Notes: generated by a model not told the origin, from the sequence alone. 64,000 bases of DNA from Vulcanimicrobiota bacterium (GCA_019637395.1 JAHBVR010000014.1:191414-255413), one strand, 5' to 3'. Counted from the first letter of the stretch, positions 8,650-19,169 are shown. Program-made: numbers and translations.

Positions 8650-10124
8650 GGGAGGCGGAACCAGAAGGTGGAGCCCCGGCCCAGTTCGCTGGAAACGCCG
8701 ATCTGGCCGCCGTGGGCGTGCACCAGGGCGGCGGTCAGCCACAGGCCCAGACCGGTGCCGCCGGCGATGCTGCGGTCGCCCACCCGTTCGAAGGCGGAGA
8801 AGAGCTTCTCTTGATTCTCTTTGGAAATGCCCACGCCGTGGTCGCTGATGCAGACCTGGTTGGCCTGGCGGTGGATGCGAATCTCGCCTCCATCGGGGCT
8901 ATATTTGACGGCGTTGGAGAGCAAATTGGCCAACACCTGGCGGATCTTCCGGTCATCCCCCAGAATGGTGCCTTGAACCTCGTTTCTTACCGTAATCTTC
9001 TCCATGTCTTCCCGCTGGGCCGCGCGCAGAAAGCGAATTTCCTCATCCACCAGGGCCGCCAGATTGAGCTGCTCCAGGTTGATTTCCAAGGGTTTACCCC
9101 CCTCGATGGCGGCCAGGTCGAGGTAGTTGATGATCAATTCTTTGGCCCGGCCGCTGGCTCCCAGCAGCAACTCCAGCACGGGGGCTTGCTTTTCCTTGGG
9201 CAGGCGCTCCAGGATGCGCACGCAGTTCTCGATAGCCTGCAGAGGATTCTTCAGATCGTGGCTGGCGATCTGCAAAAAACTGGCCAGCGCCTCGCGCTGA
9301 GCGGCCTGCTGGCGCAGCCGCTCGGAGGACAACCGGGCCGCCAGCAGACCGGCGGCCGCGCAGAAAAACTGAAAATCCAGTTCGCTGAAGGGCAGCATGG
9401 AGCCGGCGCACAGCATGCCGAAGATCTCCTCGTCGTGCTCAAGCGGCACATAAATCGCGCCCTTGATACCGGTAAGCCGGATAGAATCGGCATTGGCCAT
9501 TTCAGCCGGCAGTTCTTTACCGGTGAAAAGCATGGCCTTGCCCTGTTCGGCCGCGAAGTGCGCCAGCGTCGAGCTGGCCGAGCCGGGCCGCCCGCCCAGG
9601 TAGACCAGGCCGCCATCGGCAGCCGGCGGCCAGGCCAGCACGGCCGGGTGATAAGCCAGCGGCACGGCGTCCTGGACGCGTTTGAGCAACTCCGTCAAAA
9701 AATCTTCGGCGAACAGTCCTTCAGTGAGGGCATAAATGGCTTCCAGATACTTGGACTGGTCGCCCAGGGCCATGGTCAGACCGTGGCTGCCCGAACGGCC
9801 GAGCAGGCTCAGCTGGAGCCCGTCGGGCAAGTGGCGGGCGATGGAAAGCCGCGTCTCGCCCAGGGTCAAATGGGTATCGGGCCCCAGCTTGACCGGGTTT
9901 TGCAGGCGAGAACCGTTGAGCCAGCTGCCGTTGCTGCTGCCCAGGTCTTCATACCAAATGCCCTGGGCGTCGGCCCAAATCTCGCCGTGGCGGGATGAGA
10001 CGCGCGGGTCGGCCACTTCGATGGGAGCTCCCGAGCCGGTGCGGCCCAAGAGCGTGCGCTGCCCGTCGAACTCGCAGGTGGTCTCCCCCAAACGGGGGTG
10101 AATCAGGCTGATCTGATAAGCCAT
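8646..10124 (-). CDS. FHA-GAF-histidine kinase (cytoplasmic sensor kinase)
   Basis: N-terminal FHA (LLGRTGSGAPIEVADPRVSSRHGEIW..GSSNGSWLNGSRL). Central GAF-like region. HisKA H-box LQIASHDLKNPLQAI. HATPase G-boxes DHGVGI and GGTGLGLWLTAALVHAHGGQI. No TM segment. Confidence 0.85.
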   Translation of the reverse strand: MAYQISLIHPRLGETTCEFDGQRTLLGRTGSGAPIEVADPRVSSRHGEIWADAQGIWYEDLGSSNGSWLNGSRLQNPVKLGPDTHLTLGETRLSIARHLPDGLQLSLLGRSGSHGLTMALGDQSKYLEAIYALTEGLFAEDFLTELLKRVQDAVPLAYHPAVLAWPPAADGGLVYLGGRPGSASSTLAHFAAEQGKAMLFTGKELPAEMANADSIRLTGIKGAIYVPLEHDEEIFGMLCAGSMLPFSELDFQFFCAAAGLLAARLSSERLRQQAAQREALASFLQIASHDLKNPLQAIENCVRILERLPKEKQAPVLELLLGASGRAKELIINYLDLAAIEGGKPLEINLEQLNLAALVDEEIRFLRAAQREDMEKITVRNEVQGTILGDDRKIRQVLANLLSNAVKYSPDGGEIRIHRQANQVCISDHGVGISKENQEKLFSAFERVGDRSIAGGTGLGLWLTAALVHAHGGQIGVSSELGRGSTFWFRLP

Positions 10125-10203
10125 CGAGGAGCCCTTCGCGAGATTTGGCAGCGTCCTGCTCTTGACAATATCTTAACCTGGCTCGCGTTACCCTGACCCG
10201 GTC

Positions 10204-11451
10204 ATGAAACGACTGCTTCTCCTCCTGGCTCTGACCGGCGGGGTGTCCGCCCAGGAGCCCCTGCGCCTGACGCTTTCCCAGGCGCTCCAACTGGCCGAGC
10301 GCGGCAATCCGGAACTGCACCTGTCCGAGCAAGGCATCGATGTGGCTCGCGGCAACCTGACCATCGCCGGCCAGCGGCCTAATCCCACCGTCGGAATCAA
10401 CACGCCCATCGGTCCGGCCGAACGCAAGCAAGCCCTGCTCTTCGTCATCCCCCTGGAGACGGGCGGCCGGCGCGAGGCCCGCCTGGCCGTGGCCGAAAGC
10501 ACCGTCACGGAAGCCGACCTGACCCGCAGACAGATGCAGATGACGGTGCGCAACGGTACTCGCAACGCCTTCGTGGAACTGGCCATGGCCCGGGCCGCCC
10601 TGGAGCAGAGCAAGCGCGACGTCGAGTTCAACGACCGGGTGGTGAGCGCCGCCCAAAAGCGCTTCGAAGCCGGTGAAATCGCCGAGGCCGAGGTGATCCG
10701 GGCCAAATTCGAGCGCGAACAAATCGTGCGCCTGCAATACCCGGCCGAGAACCGGGTGGAGGCGGCCCAGGTCAGCTTCAACCGTCTGCTCGGGCAAGAC
10801 TTGCAAACTCCGATCGAGACCGTGGAAGAAGGCTGGCTCTTTCCCACCCCGGAGGACCTGGCCGGCCCCACCTGGCAGCTGCCCGAGCTGGCCCACCTGC
10901 GTGAGATAGCCCGGCAACAACGGCCGGATGTGGCCCTCAGCCAGCAGCAGTCCCAGACCGCCGTGCGCCAGGTGCAGCTGGCTCTGGCCAACCAGGCGCC
11001 GGCCGTCTCGCTGCAGGGCTCGTTGCTCTACAACCCGGCCATGCCGGCCTTCACTTACCTGGCCGGCGTCATGGTGGAAGTGCCTTTCGGCAGCGACCGT
11101 GGGGGAGAAGTCGAGCAGGCCCGGGCCCGCGAGGAAGAGGCGGCTCGCCGCCAGCAAGTGGCGCTGGCCACCGTCGACCAGGCGGTGGTGCTGGCCTGGA
11201 ACAAATTTCAGGCGGCTCGCCGCCAGTTCAGCCACGACCTGGAGGTGCTCAAGCCCCAGGCCGAGCGCGTCCTCTATCTGGCCGAACGCATCTACGGCAT
11301 CGGTCAAAGTGATATTACCGAAGTCCTGCTGGTAGGCCAATCCGTCCAGCGCCAGCGCCAGCTGTTGCTGGCCGACTTGACCCAGCTGCACCAGGCCCTG
11401 GGCGAGCTGGAACTGGCCGTCAACTCGAGCCTGGTGGGAGGAAAACCATGA
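10204..11451 (+). CDS. TolC-family outer-membrane efflux protein (CzcC/CusC-like)
   Basis: Signal peptide MKRLLLLLALTGGVSAQ followed by the typical OEP start LTLSQALQLAERGNPEL. Coiled repeats. First gene of a C-B-A RND operon. Confidence 0.85.
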   Translation: MKRLLLLLALTGGVSAQEPLRLTLSQALQLAERGNPELHLSEQGIDVARGNLTIAGQRPNPTVGINTPIGPAERKQALLFVIPLETGGRREARLAVAESTVTEADLTRRQMQMTVRNGTRNAFVELAMARAALEQSKRDVEFNDRVVSAAQKRFEAGEIAEAEVIRAKFEREQIVRLQYPAENRVEAAQVSFNRLLGQDLQTPIETVEEGWLFPTPEDLAGPTWQLPELAHLREIARQQRPDVALSQQQSQTAVRQVQLALANQAPAVSLQGSLLYNPAMPAFTYLAGVMVEVPFGSDRGGEVEQARAREEEAARRQQVALATVDQAVVLAWNKFQAARRQFSHDLEVLKPQAERVLYLAERIYGIGQSDITEVLLVGQSVQRQRQLLLADLTQLHQALGELELAVNSSLVGGKP

Positions 11452-12653
11452 AAACCCGCTCTCTGCTCCTATCCCTGGCGCTGGCCGGCTGTGGCGCGCC
11501 CAAGGCCTCCAAACCGGCCGCCCACACCACTCCGCCCGCCAGTGTGCTGCAGATCTCCAAAGAAACCGAGCTGGCCACCGTGCGCCTGAGCGAAAAGGCC
11601 GAGCAGCGCCTGGGGATTAGCACCGCGCCGGTGCGCCGCCAGTCGGTCCTCAATCGCCGCCCCTATCCCGGCATCGTCGTGGTTCCGCCGCAAAATCTGA
11701 CCACCCTGGTGGCGCCTATCACCGGCACTTTGAGCTCGCCCAGACTGACCGTCGGTTCCCGGGTGAACCAGGGAGAACACCTCTTCTCCTTTACGCCCCT
11801 GCTGGTGGATAACTATGCTCTCGGTCCCAGCCAGCAGTTATCCCTCAAGACCTCCGAGCTCTCGCTCAAGCAGAGCGAAGTGGCCATCCAGACGCGTATC
11901 AACAACGCCAAAGTCGAAGTGGAAGCCTCCCTGATCGACTTCCGCCGCGCCGAACAGCTCTACCAAGAACAGGTGGGCAGCCGCAAGCGCATGGACGACG
12001 CCCGGGCCCGCTGGCAACTGGCTCAGGAAGTGCTGGAATCGGCCCGCCGCGAACTGCACAGCGTCCAGCAGGTTACGCAGCCGAGCAGCCTTCCCGAAGT
12101 CAGGCCGGTCACTCAGGCCTCCCCCCTGAGCGGCACGATTTCCAAAGTGCTGGTCGCCTCCGGTCAGGCCGTTTCGGCCGGCCAGCCGCTGCTCGAAATC
12201 ATGAACCTGAAAACTCTCTGGCTGCGGGTGCGCATTCCTCAGGCCGAAGCCGCGGAAATCGAGCGCGGCCAGCCGGCCACCCTGCCCGGCGGCCGGCAGG
12301 CGCAACCCACCAAAGGCGCACCCACCGGCGACCAGCTCACCTCCAGCCTGGATCTCTATTTTCAGTTGCAAAATTACGGGCTGAATCCCGATCAGAGGGT
12401 CGAGGTCTGGCTACCTCTCAAGGGTTCCGGCCAGCACCTGGTGGTGCCCAGCGCGGCGATCTTATACGACATTTATGGAGGTAGCTGGGTTTATGCACGC
12501 ACCCAAAGCCACGAATATCATCGCGAACGAGTGCTGGTCGATCACTCCACCGACGACGGTCTGGCCGTGCTGGCCAAAGGGCCGGCCGTGGGCACCACCG
12601 TGGTCGTCAACGGGGCGGCCGAGCTCTTCGGCGTCGAGTTTGGAGCCGACTAG
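11448..12653 (+). CDS. efflux RND periplasmic adaptor subunit (CzcB/CusB, HlyD family)
   Basis: ATGA overlap with the upstream gene. Lipoprotein-type signal LLLSLALAGCG. Long coiled-coil hairpin and beta-barrel region GQPLLEIMNLKTLWLRVRIPQ. Confidence 0.85.
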   Translation: MKTRSLLLSLALAGCGAPKASKPAAHTTPPASVLQISKETELATVRLSEKAEQRLGISTAPVRRQSVLNRRPYPGIVVVPPQNLTTLVAPITGTLSSPRLTVGSRVNQGEHLFSFTPLLVDNYALGPSQQLSLKTSELSLKQSEVAIQTRINNAKVEVEASLIDFRRAEQLYQEQVGSRKRMDDARARWQLAQEVLESARRELHSVQQVTQPSSLPEVRPVTQASPLSGTISKVLVASGQAVSAGQPLLEIMNLKTLWLRVRIPQAEAAEIERGQPATLPGGRQAQPTKGAPTGDQLTSSLDLYFQLQNYGLNPDQRVEVWLPLKGSGQHLVVPSAAILYDIYGGSWVYARTQSHEYHRERVLVDHSTDDGLAVLAKGPAVGTTVVVNGAAELFGVEFGAD

Positions 12654-12656
12654 AGC

Positions 12657-15600
12657 ATGTTAGCCTGGCTCATCGAAGGTTCCCTGCAATTGCGCCTGCT
12701 GGTGGTCACCGCCGCCCTGGGCATTATTGGGCTCGGCGTCAACGCCGTGCGCCATTCCAAAATGGACGTATTTCCAGAGTTTGCCCCGCCCCGCGTGGAA
12801 GTGCAGACGGAAGCTCCGGGTCTGTCCACCGAAGAAGTCGAGCGGCTGGTCTCTATTCCGATCGAGAACGCACTGACCAGCACCCCCTTCGTGGCCACGC
12901 TGCGCTCCAAGTCGGTGCTGGGATTGTCCTCGGTGCTGCTGGTGCTGGAACCGGGGGCGAACCTGGAGGTGGCCCGCCAGAACGTCCAGGAGCGCCTGGC
13001 CCAGGCCACCCTGCCCACGGCCGCCCGGCCCCCGGTTATCCTGCCGCCTCTTTCTTCGACCAGCCGTATCCTCAAAGTCGGCATCAGCTCCAAAACCTTA
13101 TCGCAGATGGAAATGTCGGAGTCGGCCCGCTGGGTCATTCGCCCCCGGCTGATGGCCATCCCCGGCGTGGCCAACGTGGCCATCTGGGGCCAGCGCGACC
13201 GCCAGTTTCAGGTGGCCGTCTCGCCTCGCCAGCTGGCCGCCCAGAACGTCACCCTGGAGGAAGTCGTGCTGGGGGTGGGTAACGCCGTCTCGGTCGGTGG
13301 CGGAGGTTTCATCGACACGCCCAACCAGCGACTGCCCATCCGCCACGAGAGTTGGGCTCACACCACCGAAGACCTCGATCGGGCGGTGGTGGCCAATCGC
13401 AACGGAGTTTCCCTGCGGGTGCGCGATATTGGCACCGTCCAGATCGGCTCGCCGCCTCCCATCGGCGACGCGGTCATCAACGGCCGTCCCGGCTTGCTGC
13501 TGATTGTGGAAAAATACCCCTGGGGCAACACGCTGGAAGTGACACGCGGCGTGGAGAAGGCGCTCGAGGAACTGCGCCCCGGCCTGCCCGCCATGGAGAT
13601 CGACACCACCATTTTCCGGCCGGCCACCTTCATCGAAACGGCTCTGGCCAACCTCTCCTCGGCCCTGTGGATGGGCTGCGGCCTGGTGGTGGTGGTGCTG
13701 ATCGTCTTTCTGGCCGATCTGCCCAGCGCCCTCATCAGCGCCCTGGCCATCCCCGTCTCCCTGCTCAGCGCCGTGCTCATCATCGTGAATCTGGGGTATT
13801 CCGTGAATACCATGGTCATCGCCGGTCTGGCCATTTCGCTGGGAGCGGTGGTGGATGACGCCATCATCGACGTGGAAAACATCACCCGGCGCCTGCGTCT
13901 GAATGCCGCCGCCGAACATCCCCAGCCGGTCGGGCGCGTCATTTTGCAGGCCTCGCTGGAAGTGCGCTCCTCGATCGTCTACGCCACCGCCATCGTCATC
14001 GTGGCCATCCTGCCGGTCTTTTTCCTGGAAGGAATCGCCCGCGCCTTTTTCAGTCCGCTGGCCTTCGCCTACGTGCTGGCCATTCTGGTTTCGCTGCTGG
14101 TGGCCCTGACCCTGACCCCGGCCCTCTGCCTGATGCTGCTGCGCGTCAAACCGGGGGCCCACGCGCCCAGCCCGGTCTCCCGCTGGCTGCAGAAAAGCTA
14201 CGGAAACATCCTGCGCAAAACCATGTATCGTCCCCGCATCTGGCTGGCCCTGGTGACGAGCTGCCTGATAGGAACCGGCATGGTGGTGCCCCGCTTTGGT
14301 CAGGAATTCTTGCCCCATTTCAAAGAAACCGACTTCTTGATGCACTTCGTGGAAAAGCCGGGAACTTCGCTCGAAGCGATGCGCCGCATCACGGCGCGGG
14401 CCAGCGACGAGCTGATGTCCATCCCGGGAGTGCGCAACTTCGGTTCCCACATCGGGCGCGCCGTGGCCGCCGACGAAGTGGTCGGCCCCAATTTCACCGA
14501 ACTCTGGATCAGCATCGACCCCAAGGTCGACTACGAATCCACCGTCAAACGCATCCAGGAAGTCATCGCCGGCTACCCGGGCCTGCACCGCGATGTGCTC
14601 ACCTACCTGCGCGAGCGCATCAAAGAAGTGCTGAGCGGCACTTCGGCCAGCATCGTGGTGCGCATCTCGGGCCCTGAACTGGACGGCCTGCGCGCTTCGG
14701 CTCAGGGGGTGGCCAAAGCACTGGCCGATGTGCCGGGAGTTTCCGAGCTGAAAGTCGAGGCCCAGGTGCTGGTGCCGCAGATCTCCATCAAGATGCGCCC
14801 GGAACGAGCGGCCCTGCACGGCTTCAGCGAGCGCGACCTGCGCCGCGCCGAATCCATCGTGATCAACGGACTCAAAGTCGGCGAAATCTATGAAGGGCAG
14901 GCCATTCACGAGGTGGTGGTGTGGAGCCAGAGTCGGGTCCGCGACGATCTTTCGGCTCTGCGCGAGCTGCTGGTGGAAACGCCGGCCGGCAACCGGGTGC
15001 CGCTGCGCGAGGTAGCCGACATCACCATGGTGCCCGCCCCCAACACCATTCGCCGCGAAGGCGCCAGTCGCTGCATCGACGTCAGCTGCAACGTGGAAGG
15101 ACGGGACCTGGGCAGCGTGGCCCGCGACATTCGCGAAAAGCTCAAAAGCTACCCCTTCGAAAGCGGCTACTATCCCCAGACCTTCGGCGAGTTCGAAGCT
15201 CAGGAAGCGGCCCGCGGCCGCCTGTCCGCCCTCTCGCTGCTGGCTCTGCTCACCATTCTGGTGCTGCTCCAGTCCGACTTCCAGTCGCTGCGTCTGGTGG
15301 CGGTGGTTTTTCTCTCGCTGCCGTTCTCGCTCATCGGCGGCGTGGCCGGCATCGCCGCCGGTGGGGGAGTGATCTCGCTGGGCTCGGTGGTGGGCTTCGT
15401 AGCCGTGCTCGGCATCGCCGCCCGCAACGGCATCATGCTGGTCAGCCACTACCGCCACCTGCAACAGGACGAAGGCTGCCCCTTCGGGCCGGAACTGGTC
15501 TTACGCGGCGCCCAGGAGCGGCTGGTGCCCATCCTGATGACGGCCCTCACGGCCATGCTGGCGCTGGTGCCCATCGCCCTGGGCGGCAATTTGCCCGGCT

Positions 15601-15722
15601 ACGAAATCGAATACCCGATGGCCCTCGTCATTCTAGGCGGAATGTTCTCCTCAACCGGGCTCAGCCTGTTCCTGTTACCGGCCTTCTATCTGTGGCTGGG
15701 AAAGGGCTTGACCAAGTCTTGA
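12657..15722 (+). CDS. czcA: CusA/CzcA-family heavy-metal efflux RND transporter
   Basis: 1021 aa with 12-TM RND architecture. N-terminus [55 protein letters not shown] is typical of the HME-RND family. Operon order is OMF-MFP-RND. Confidence 0.93.
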   Translation: MLAWLIEGSLQLRLLVVTAALGIIGLGVNAVRHSKMDVFPEFAPPRVEVQTEAPGLSTEEVERLVSIPIENALTSTPFVATLRSKSVLGLSSVLLVLEPGANLEVARQNVQERLAQATLPTAARPPVILPPLSSTSRILKVGISSKTLSQMEMSESARWVIRPRLMAIPGVANVAIWGQRDRQFQVAVSPRQLAAQNVTLEEVVLGVGNAVSVGGGGFIDTPNQRLPIRHESWAHTTEDLDRAVVANRNGVSLRVRDIGTVQIGSPPPIGDAVINGRPGLLLIVEKYPWGNTLEVTRGVEKALEELRPGLPAMEIDTTIFRPATFIETALANLSSALWMGCGLVVVVLIVFLADLPSALISALAIPVSLLSAVLIIVNLGYSVNTMVIAGLAISLGAVVDDAIIDVENITRRLRLNAAAEHPQPVGRVILQASLEVRSSIVYATAIVIVAILPVFFLEGIARAFFSPLAFAYVLAILVSLLVALTLTPALCLMLLRVKPGAHAPSPVSRWLQKSYGNILRKTMYRPRIWLALVTSCLIGTGMVVPRFGQEFLPHFKETDFLMHFVEKPGTSLEAMRRITARASDELMSIPGVRNFGSHIGRAVAADEVVGPNFTELWISIDPKVDYESTVKRIQEVIAGYPGLHRDVLTYLRERIKEVLSGTSASIVVRISGPELDGLRASAQGVAKALADVPGVSELKVEAQVLVPQISIKMRPERAALHGFSERDLRRAESIVINGLKVGEIYEGQAIHEVVVWSQSRVRDDLSALRELLVETPAGNRVPLREVADITMVPAPNTIRREGASRCIDVSCNVEGRDLGSVARDIREKLKSYPFESGYYPQTFGEFEAQEAARGRLSALSLLALLTILVLLQSDFQSLRLVAVVFLSLPFSLIGGVAGIAAGGGVISLGSVVGFVAVLGIAARNGIMLVSHYRHLQQDEGCPFGPELVLRGAQERLVPILMTALTAMLALVPIALGGNLPGYEIEYPMALVILGGMFSSTGLSLFLLPAFYLWLGKGLTKS

Positions 15723-15746
15723 CCAACTCGAGCCTAAGGTGAATCG

Positions 15747-16421
15747 ATGGCGCGCATCCTGTTGGTAGAAGACGACCCCCGCATCTCTCGCCCGCTGGCT
15801 CGCGAGCTGGCCCGGGAGCTGCACACCTGCGACCTGGCCGAGGACGGCGAGGCGGGCTGGAGCTTTTTGGAGGCAGGCAACTACGACCTGGCCATCCTGG
15901 ACATTCTCCTGCCCCGGCTCACCGGTATCGAGCTTTGCCAGCGGATCCGCTCGCGCGGTCTGGACACGCCCGTGCTGCTGCTGACGGCGCTGGACGAAGT
16001 CAAGGATAAAGTTGCCGGTCTGGATTCCGGTGCCGACGACTTTCTGGTCAAGCCTTTCGCTCTGGATGAACTGCATGCCCGCATCCGCGCGCTGTTGCGC
16101 CGCAAGGTGACCACTCCGCCGGTGCTCAGCTGGGGCGACCAGTTGCATTTGGACCCGCAACAGAAGCAGGCCCGCGCGGGCGGGCGGCAACTGGAACTGA
16201 CCCCGCGGGAATACCAGCTCCTGGAACTGCTGATGCGCAGCCCGGGTGTATTCTTTACGGCGGCCGAAATCCTGGATAAAGTCTGGGGCTGGGATTCCAG
16301 CCCGGGAAAAGGCACGGTCAAAACCCACATAAAAAGCCTGCGCGATAAACTGCGCCTGGCCGGCCAGCCGGAAGTCATCGAAACCCGGTATGGGCGAGGC
16401 TATCGGCTGCGGCCGACCTGA
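15747..16421 (+). CDS. OmpR-family response regulator
   Basis: Receiver domain MARILLVEDDPRI..DLAILDILLPRLTG. Winged-helix output LTPREYQLLELLMRSPGVFFTAAEILDKVWG..RGYRL. Confidence 0.9.
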   Translation: MARILLVEDDPRISRPLARELARELHTCDLAEDGEAGWSFLEAGNYDLAILDILLPRLTGIELCQRIRSRGLDTPVLLLTALDEVKDKVAGLDSGADDFLVKPFALDELHARIRALLRRKVTTPPVLSWGDQLHLDPQQKQARAGGRQLELTPREYQLLELLMRSPGVFFTAAEILDKVWGWDSSPGKGTVKTHIKSLRDKLRLAGQPEVIETRYGRGYRLRPT

Positions 16422-17638
16422 TGCAACTCCGGCGGGCCCGCCTGCACCTGCTGCTGCTCAACCTGGGCAGCCTGCTCTTGCTGCTGCTGCTGATCAGCCT
16501 GGGAGCCTACGGATTGTTGCGCCGCCAGCTCTACGCGCGCCTCGAGCAAGACCTGCTCCTGACCGCTCACGCCGTCACCTTTTCGGTGGAGCACGAACAC
16601 TCCAAGTTCGATTTTAGCGAGTCCATCCACCTTGCCGATCGCCCTCTGGATATCGATCGGGACGCCCTGGGCAGCACCGAGTGGCTGGACCCGCAAGGAC
16701 GGGTGGTGGCCCGCCGCGGTAGCCTGCCGATACCGGAGCAAACGCTCCAGCCGGCAAGCTACGTGTTTAGCAAGGATGCCTGCAGCTTCACCCTGCCCGC
16801 CGCCGACCAGAGCGGGCACATCTACGGCTACGCGCGCGTAGCCGTGCCGTTGCAGCCCCTGCGCCGGCAGCTGAGCGAACTGGTCCACCTGCTGCTGGCC
16901 ACCGGAGCCTTCACCATGGCCCTGGCGGCCGCCCTGGGCTGGTGGTGGACCGGCCGCAGCCTGCGCCCCCTGCAGGAAGCCTATGACGACCTGTCCATGT
17001 TCACCGGCTCGGTCTCCCACGAACTGCGCAGCCCACTGACCGCCATGCTCACTCAGTGCCAAAGCCTGCTCAGGCATTACGAACGGATCGATCGGGAAGA
17101 AGTGCGCCAAGGGCTGGAAGAACTCAGCCACAGCACCCAGGACATGGCCCGACTGGTCAACGACCTGCTGCTGCTGGCTCAAGCCCGCCGCAACCGTTCC
17201 AACCTGGTGCTGGAAGCCCAGGACCTGACCGAAGTCGTGAATTCGCTGCGGGCCCAACTGGGAACCGAGCGCATCGAATGCCAGTCTGCGGGCGAACGGG
17301 TGGTGGCCCACCGGCCCTACTTGCTCCTCATCTTGCGCAATCTCCTGGAGAACGCCCTTCACTACAGCGAACCGGACAGCCCCGTACGGGTCTCCTGGAG
17401 CCGGGGAGAAATCGTGGTCAGCGACCAGGGAGTGGGCTTGAGCGAAGAAGCCTGCGCCCGCGTCTTCGAGCCGTTTTGGCGAGCCGACCGCGCGCGCGCC
17501 CGCCACGCCGGCGGCGCCGGCCTGGGACTGGCCATCGCCCATAGCCTGGCCGAAGCCATGGACGGCCACCTGAGCGTCACCAGCCAGCCCGGCAGGGGTT
17601 CGCAATTTCGCCTGCGTCTACCCCTGGCCAGGTCCTGA
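16421..17638 (+). CDS. two-TM sensor histidine kinase (CusS/CzcS-like partner)
   Basis: ATG overlaps the RR stop (TGATG). Two TM segments. H-box FTGSVSHELRSPLTAM. G-boxes DQGVGL and GGAGLGLAIAHSLAEAMDGHL. Confidence 0.9.
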   Translation: MQLRRARLHLLLLNLGSLLLLLLLISLGAYGLLRRQLYARLEQDLLLTAHAVTFSVEHEHSKFDFSESIHLADRPLDIDRDALGSTEWLDPQGRVVARRGSLPIPEQTLQPASYVFSKDACSFTLPAADQSGHIYGYARVAVPLQPLRRQLSELVHLLLATGAFTMALAAALGWWWTGRSLRPLQEAYDDLSMFTGSVSHELRSPLTAMLTQCQSLLRHYERIDREEVRQGLEELSHSTQDMARLVNDLLLLAQARRNRSNLVLEAQDLTEVVNSLRAQLGTERIECQSAGERVVAHRPYLLLILRNLLENALHYSEPDSPVRVSWSRGEIVVSDQGVGLSEEACARVFEPFWRADRARARHAGGAGLGLAIAHSLAEAMDGHLSVTSQPGRGSQFRLRLPLARS

Positions 17639-18041
17639 TGGCCGTCACCTACCAGTGCAAATGGGATGGGGAAAGCTCGGCTCGCGGAGGCTGAGGAACT
17701 AAGCTGACGACAATCTGCGATTTCTGCCATTACCTCTCTTGACCCCAATGTCAGGATCTTCTTCAAAGCGAGGGCCGGAAACTCGAGTTCCAGGCGATCG
17801 ATAGCTTTGAAATTGCTGATTTCCAATCGCCGCAAGGCAAGCTTCCCGGCCGCCGATTTGCCCTTGCCCCTGGTGGCTTTGTGGCGAATTCCGACTTGCT
17901 GAGCCGCGCTCGAGGTTCACTGGTCGGGGAAGCAACTTGACCGGGAGCGCCTTTGGGCAGCCGCTCCCTGGCGGGCTGCGCGCTGACCCGCTCCTCCGAG
18001 TTCGAAGGGCAGCTTCGAGCCAGGCACGAAACAGATCTATC

Positions 18042-19169
18042 GTGCAGTGCTCATTCTGCAAGCGGATGCGGCCGGAGGTGTTTCCCACCACCTCCGGTAA
18101 AAAGGGCTGCTCCGAGTGTGTTGCTAATCTGTATATCTGCTGCCGTTGCGGGATTTGCCTGGAGAACGGCGGCGGTAAGTGGTGGAATGATGGTCTGGCC
18201 TACTGTCACAAGTGCGCGGCCCGGGTCAAACGTTGCACCTGGTGTGACCGGCCGGCTTTCGAGATGGCCTCGAAAGACCGGGTCATTTGTAGCTATTGCG
18301 CCCACAATTTTCCTCAATGCGATCATTGCGGCGAACTGATTCACGGCGATTGCACCACCTACCAGCAGAAGGTTTACTGCCGCAAGTGCGGCGGCCGCTA
18401 CCCGCTTTGCCTGGATTGCGGCACGGCCATCGCCGATCGCCCGGATTGTCCAACTTGCGGTGGGCCGGCCCGGGCCTGCGGCGGCTGTGGAACCTTGTTC
18501 ACCAGCCGCTGGATCGTCTATCAGGAAACCTGGTTCTGCCTGGATTGCTACTGGCAGGCATGCGGGCGCTGCCGTTTCTGCCAGGAGAAGAAACCTCCCG
18601 ATGGGGACACGCGTTGCCGGCAGTGCCTTTCCAAACGGGTCCAGACGCAGGCGGTGGCCCAGGATCTGCTGGACGAGGTGCAGTGGTTCTGCAGAGATGA
18701 ACTCGGCCTGGTAGTCAAGCAACCCTATAAACTCAGGCTGGCTGATACGGCGGCGGCCATTCCGAAGTTGCATACCGACGCCTACACGCTCAGCCTTTCC
18801 ACGGTCGGCCTGTGGGTGCCCAAAGAGCGCACCATGTGGGCGGTTAAGGGCTATCCCTTTTGGTTTACTTCGGCCGTGCTGGCCCACGAGCACGCTCACG
18901 CCTGGCAACAGGAGAACTGTCCACCTCAGACCCAGGACTTGCTGGAGGGTTTCGCCGCCTGGGTGGAGTGGAGGGTGGTGCAGAATCTGGGCTATGCCAG
19001 CTTCGCCGAAAACATGTATCGATTGCCTTGCCCCATCTACGGGCGCGGCTTGAGGCGCTGTTTGCAGTTGGAACAGCAGGTCGGGGCCGAAGGACTGCTC
19101 GACAAAGTGAAAACCATGAGAAACTTCTCCATGTGGACCTCTCTGTGGGCCATGCTGGACGAGGTGTAG
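18042..19169 (+). CDS. multi-zinc-ribbon (LIM-like) protein with C-terminal DA1-like HExxH peptidase domain
   Basis: About 16 CxxC pairs (CSFC, CSEC, CRCGIC, CHKC, CTWC, CSYC, CDHC, CRKC, CLDC, CPTC, CGGC, CLDC, CGRCRFC, CRQC). Followed by AVLAHEHAHAWQQ...LLEGFAAWVEWRV, which parallels the plant DA1 motif LAHEMMHAW...EEGICQV. The ORF is open from a TTG at 17937. The GTG at 18042 directly precedes the first CxxC. Confidence 0.7.
   Translation: MQCSFCKRMRPEVFPTTSGKKGCSECVANLYICCRCGICLENGGGKWWNDGLAYCHKCAARVKRCTWCDRPAFEMASKDRVICSYCAHNFPQCDHCGELIHGDCTTYQQKVYCRKCGGRYPLCLDCGTAIADRPDCPTCGGPARACGGCGTLFTSRWIVYQETWFCLDCYWQACGRCRFCQEKKPPDGDTRCRQCLSKRVQTQAVAQDLLDEVQWFCRDELGLVVKQPYKLRLADTAAAIPKLHTDAYTLSLSTVGLWVPKERTMWAVKGYPFWFTSAVLAHEHAHAWQQENCPPQTQDLLEGFAAWVEWRVVQNLGYASFAENMYRLPCPIYGRGLRRCLQLEQQVGAEGLLDKVKTMRNFSMWTSLWAMLDEV

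Noticed and set aside
9949-11391. 480-aa minus-strand ORF (and 10188-10991) opposite the TolC-like czcC gene
   Set aside because: It is antisense to a gene with clear family motifs. Its composition is dominated by Arg/Gly/Leu/His/Gln with no motifs. Long shadow ORFs like this are typical of high-GC DNA.
13098-15464. 788-aa minus-strand ORF opposite the RND transporter
   Set aside because: It is antisense to the unmistakable CzcA/CusA-family gene. The sequence is His/Gly/Asp/Arg-rich and low in complexity. It is a GC3 artefact.
17699-18091. 130-aa minus-strand ORF upstream of the DA1-like gene
   Set aside because: It has Arg/Gly/Ser/Pro-rich composition, overlaps the DA1-like 5' region, and has no motif apart from a weak GxxGxG-like string.
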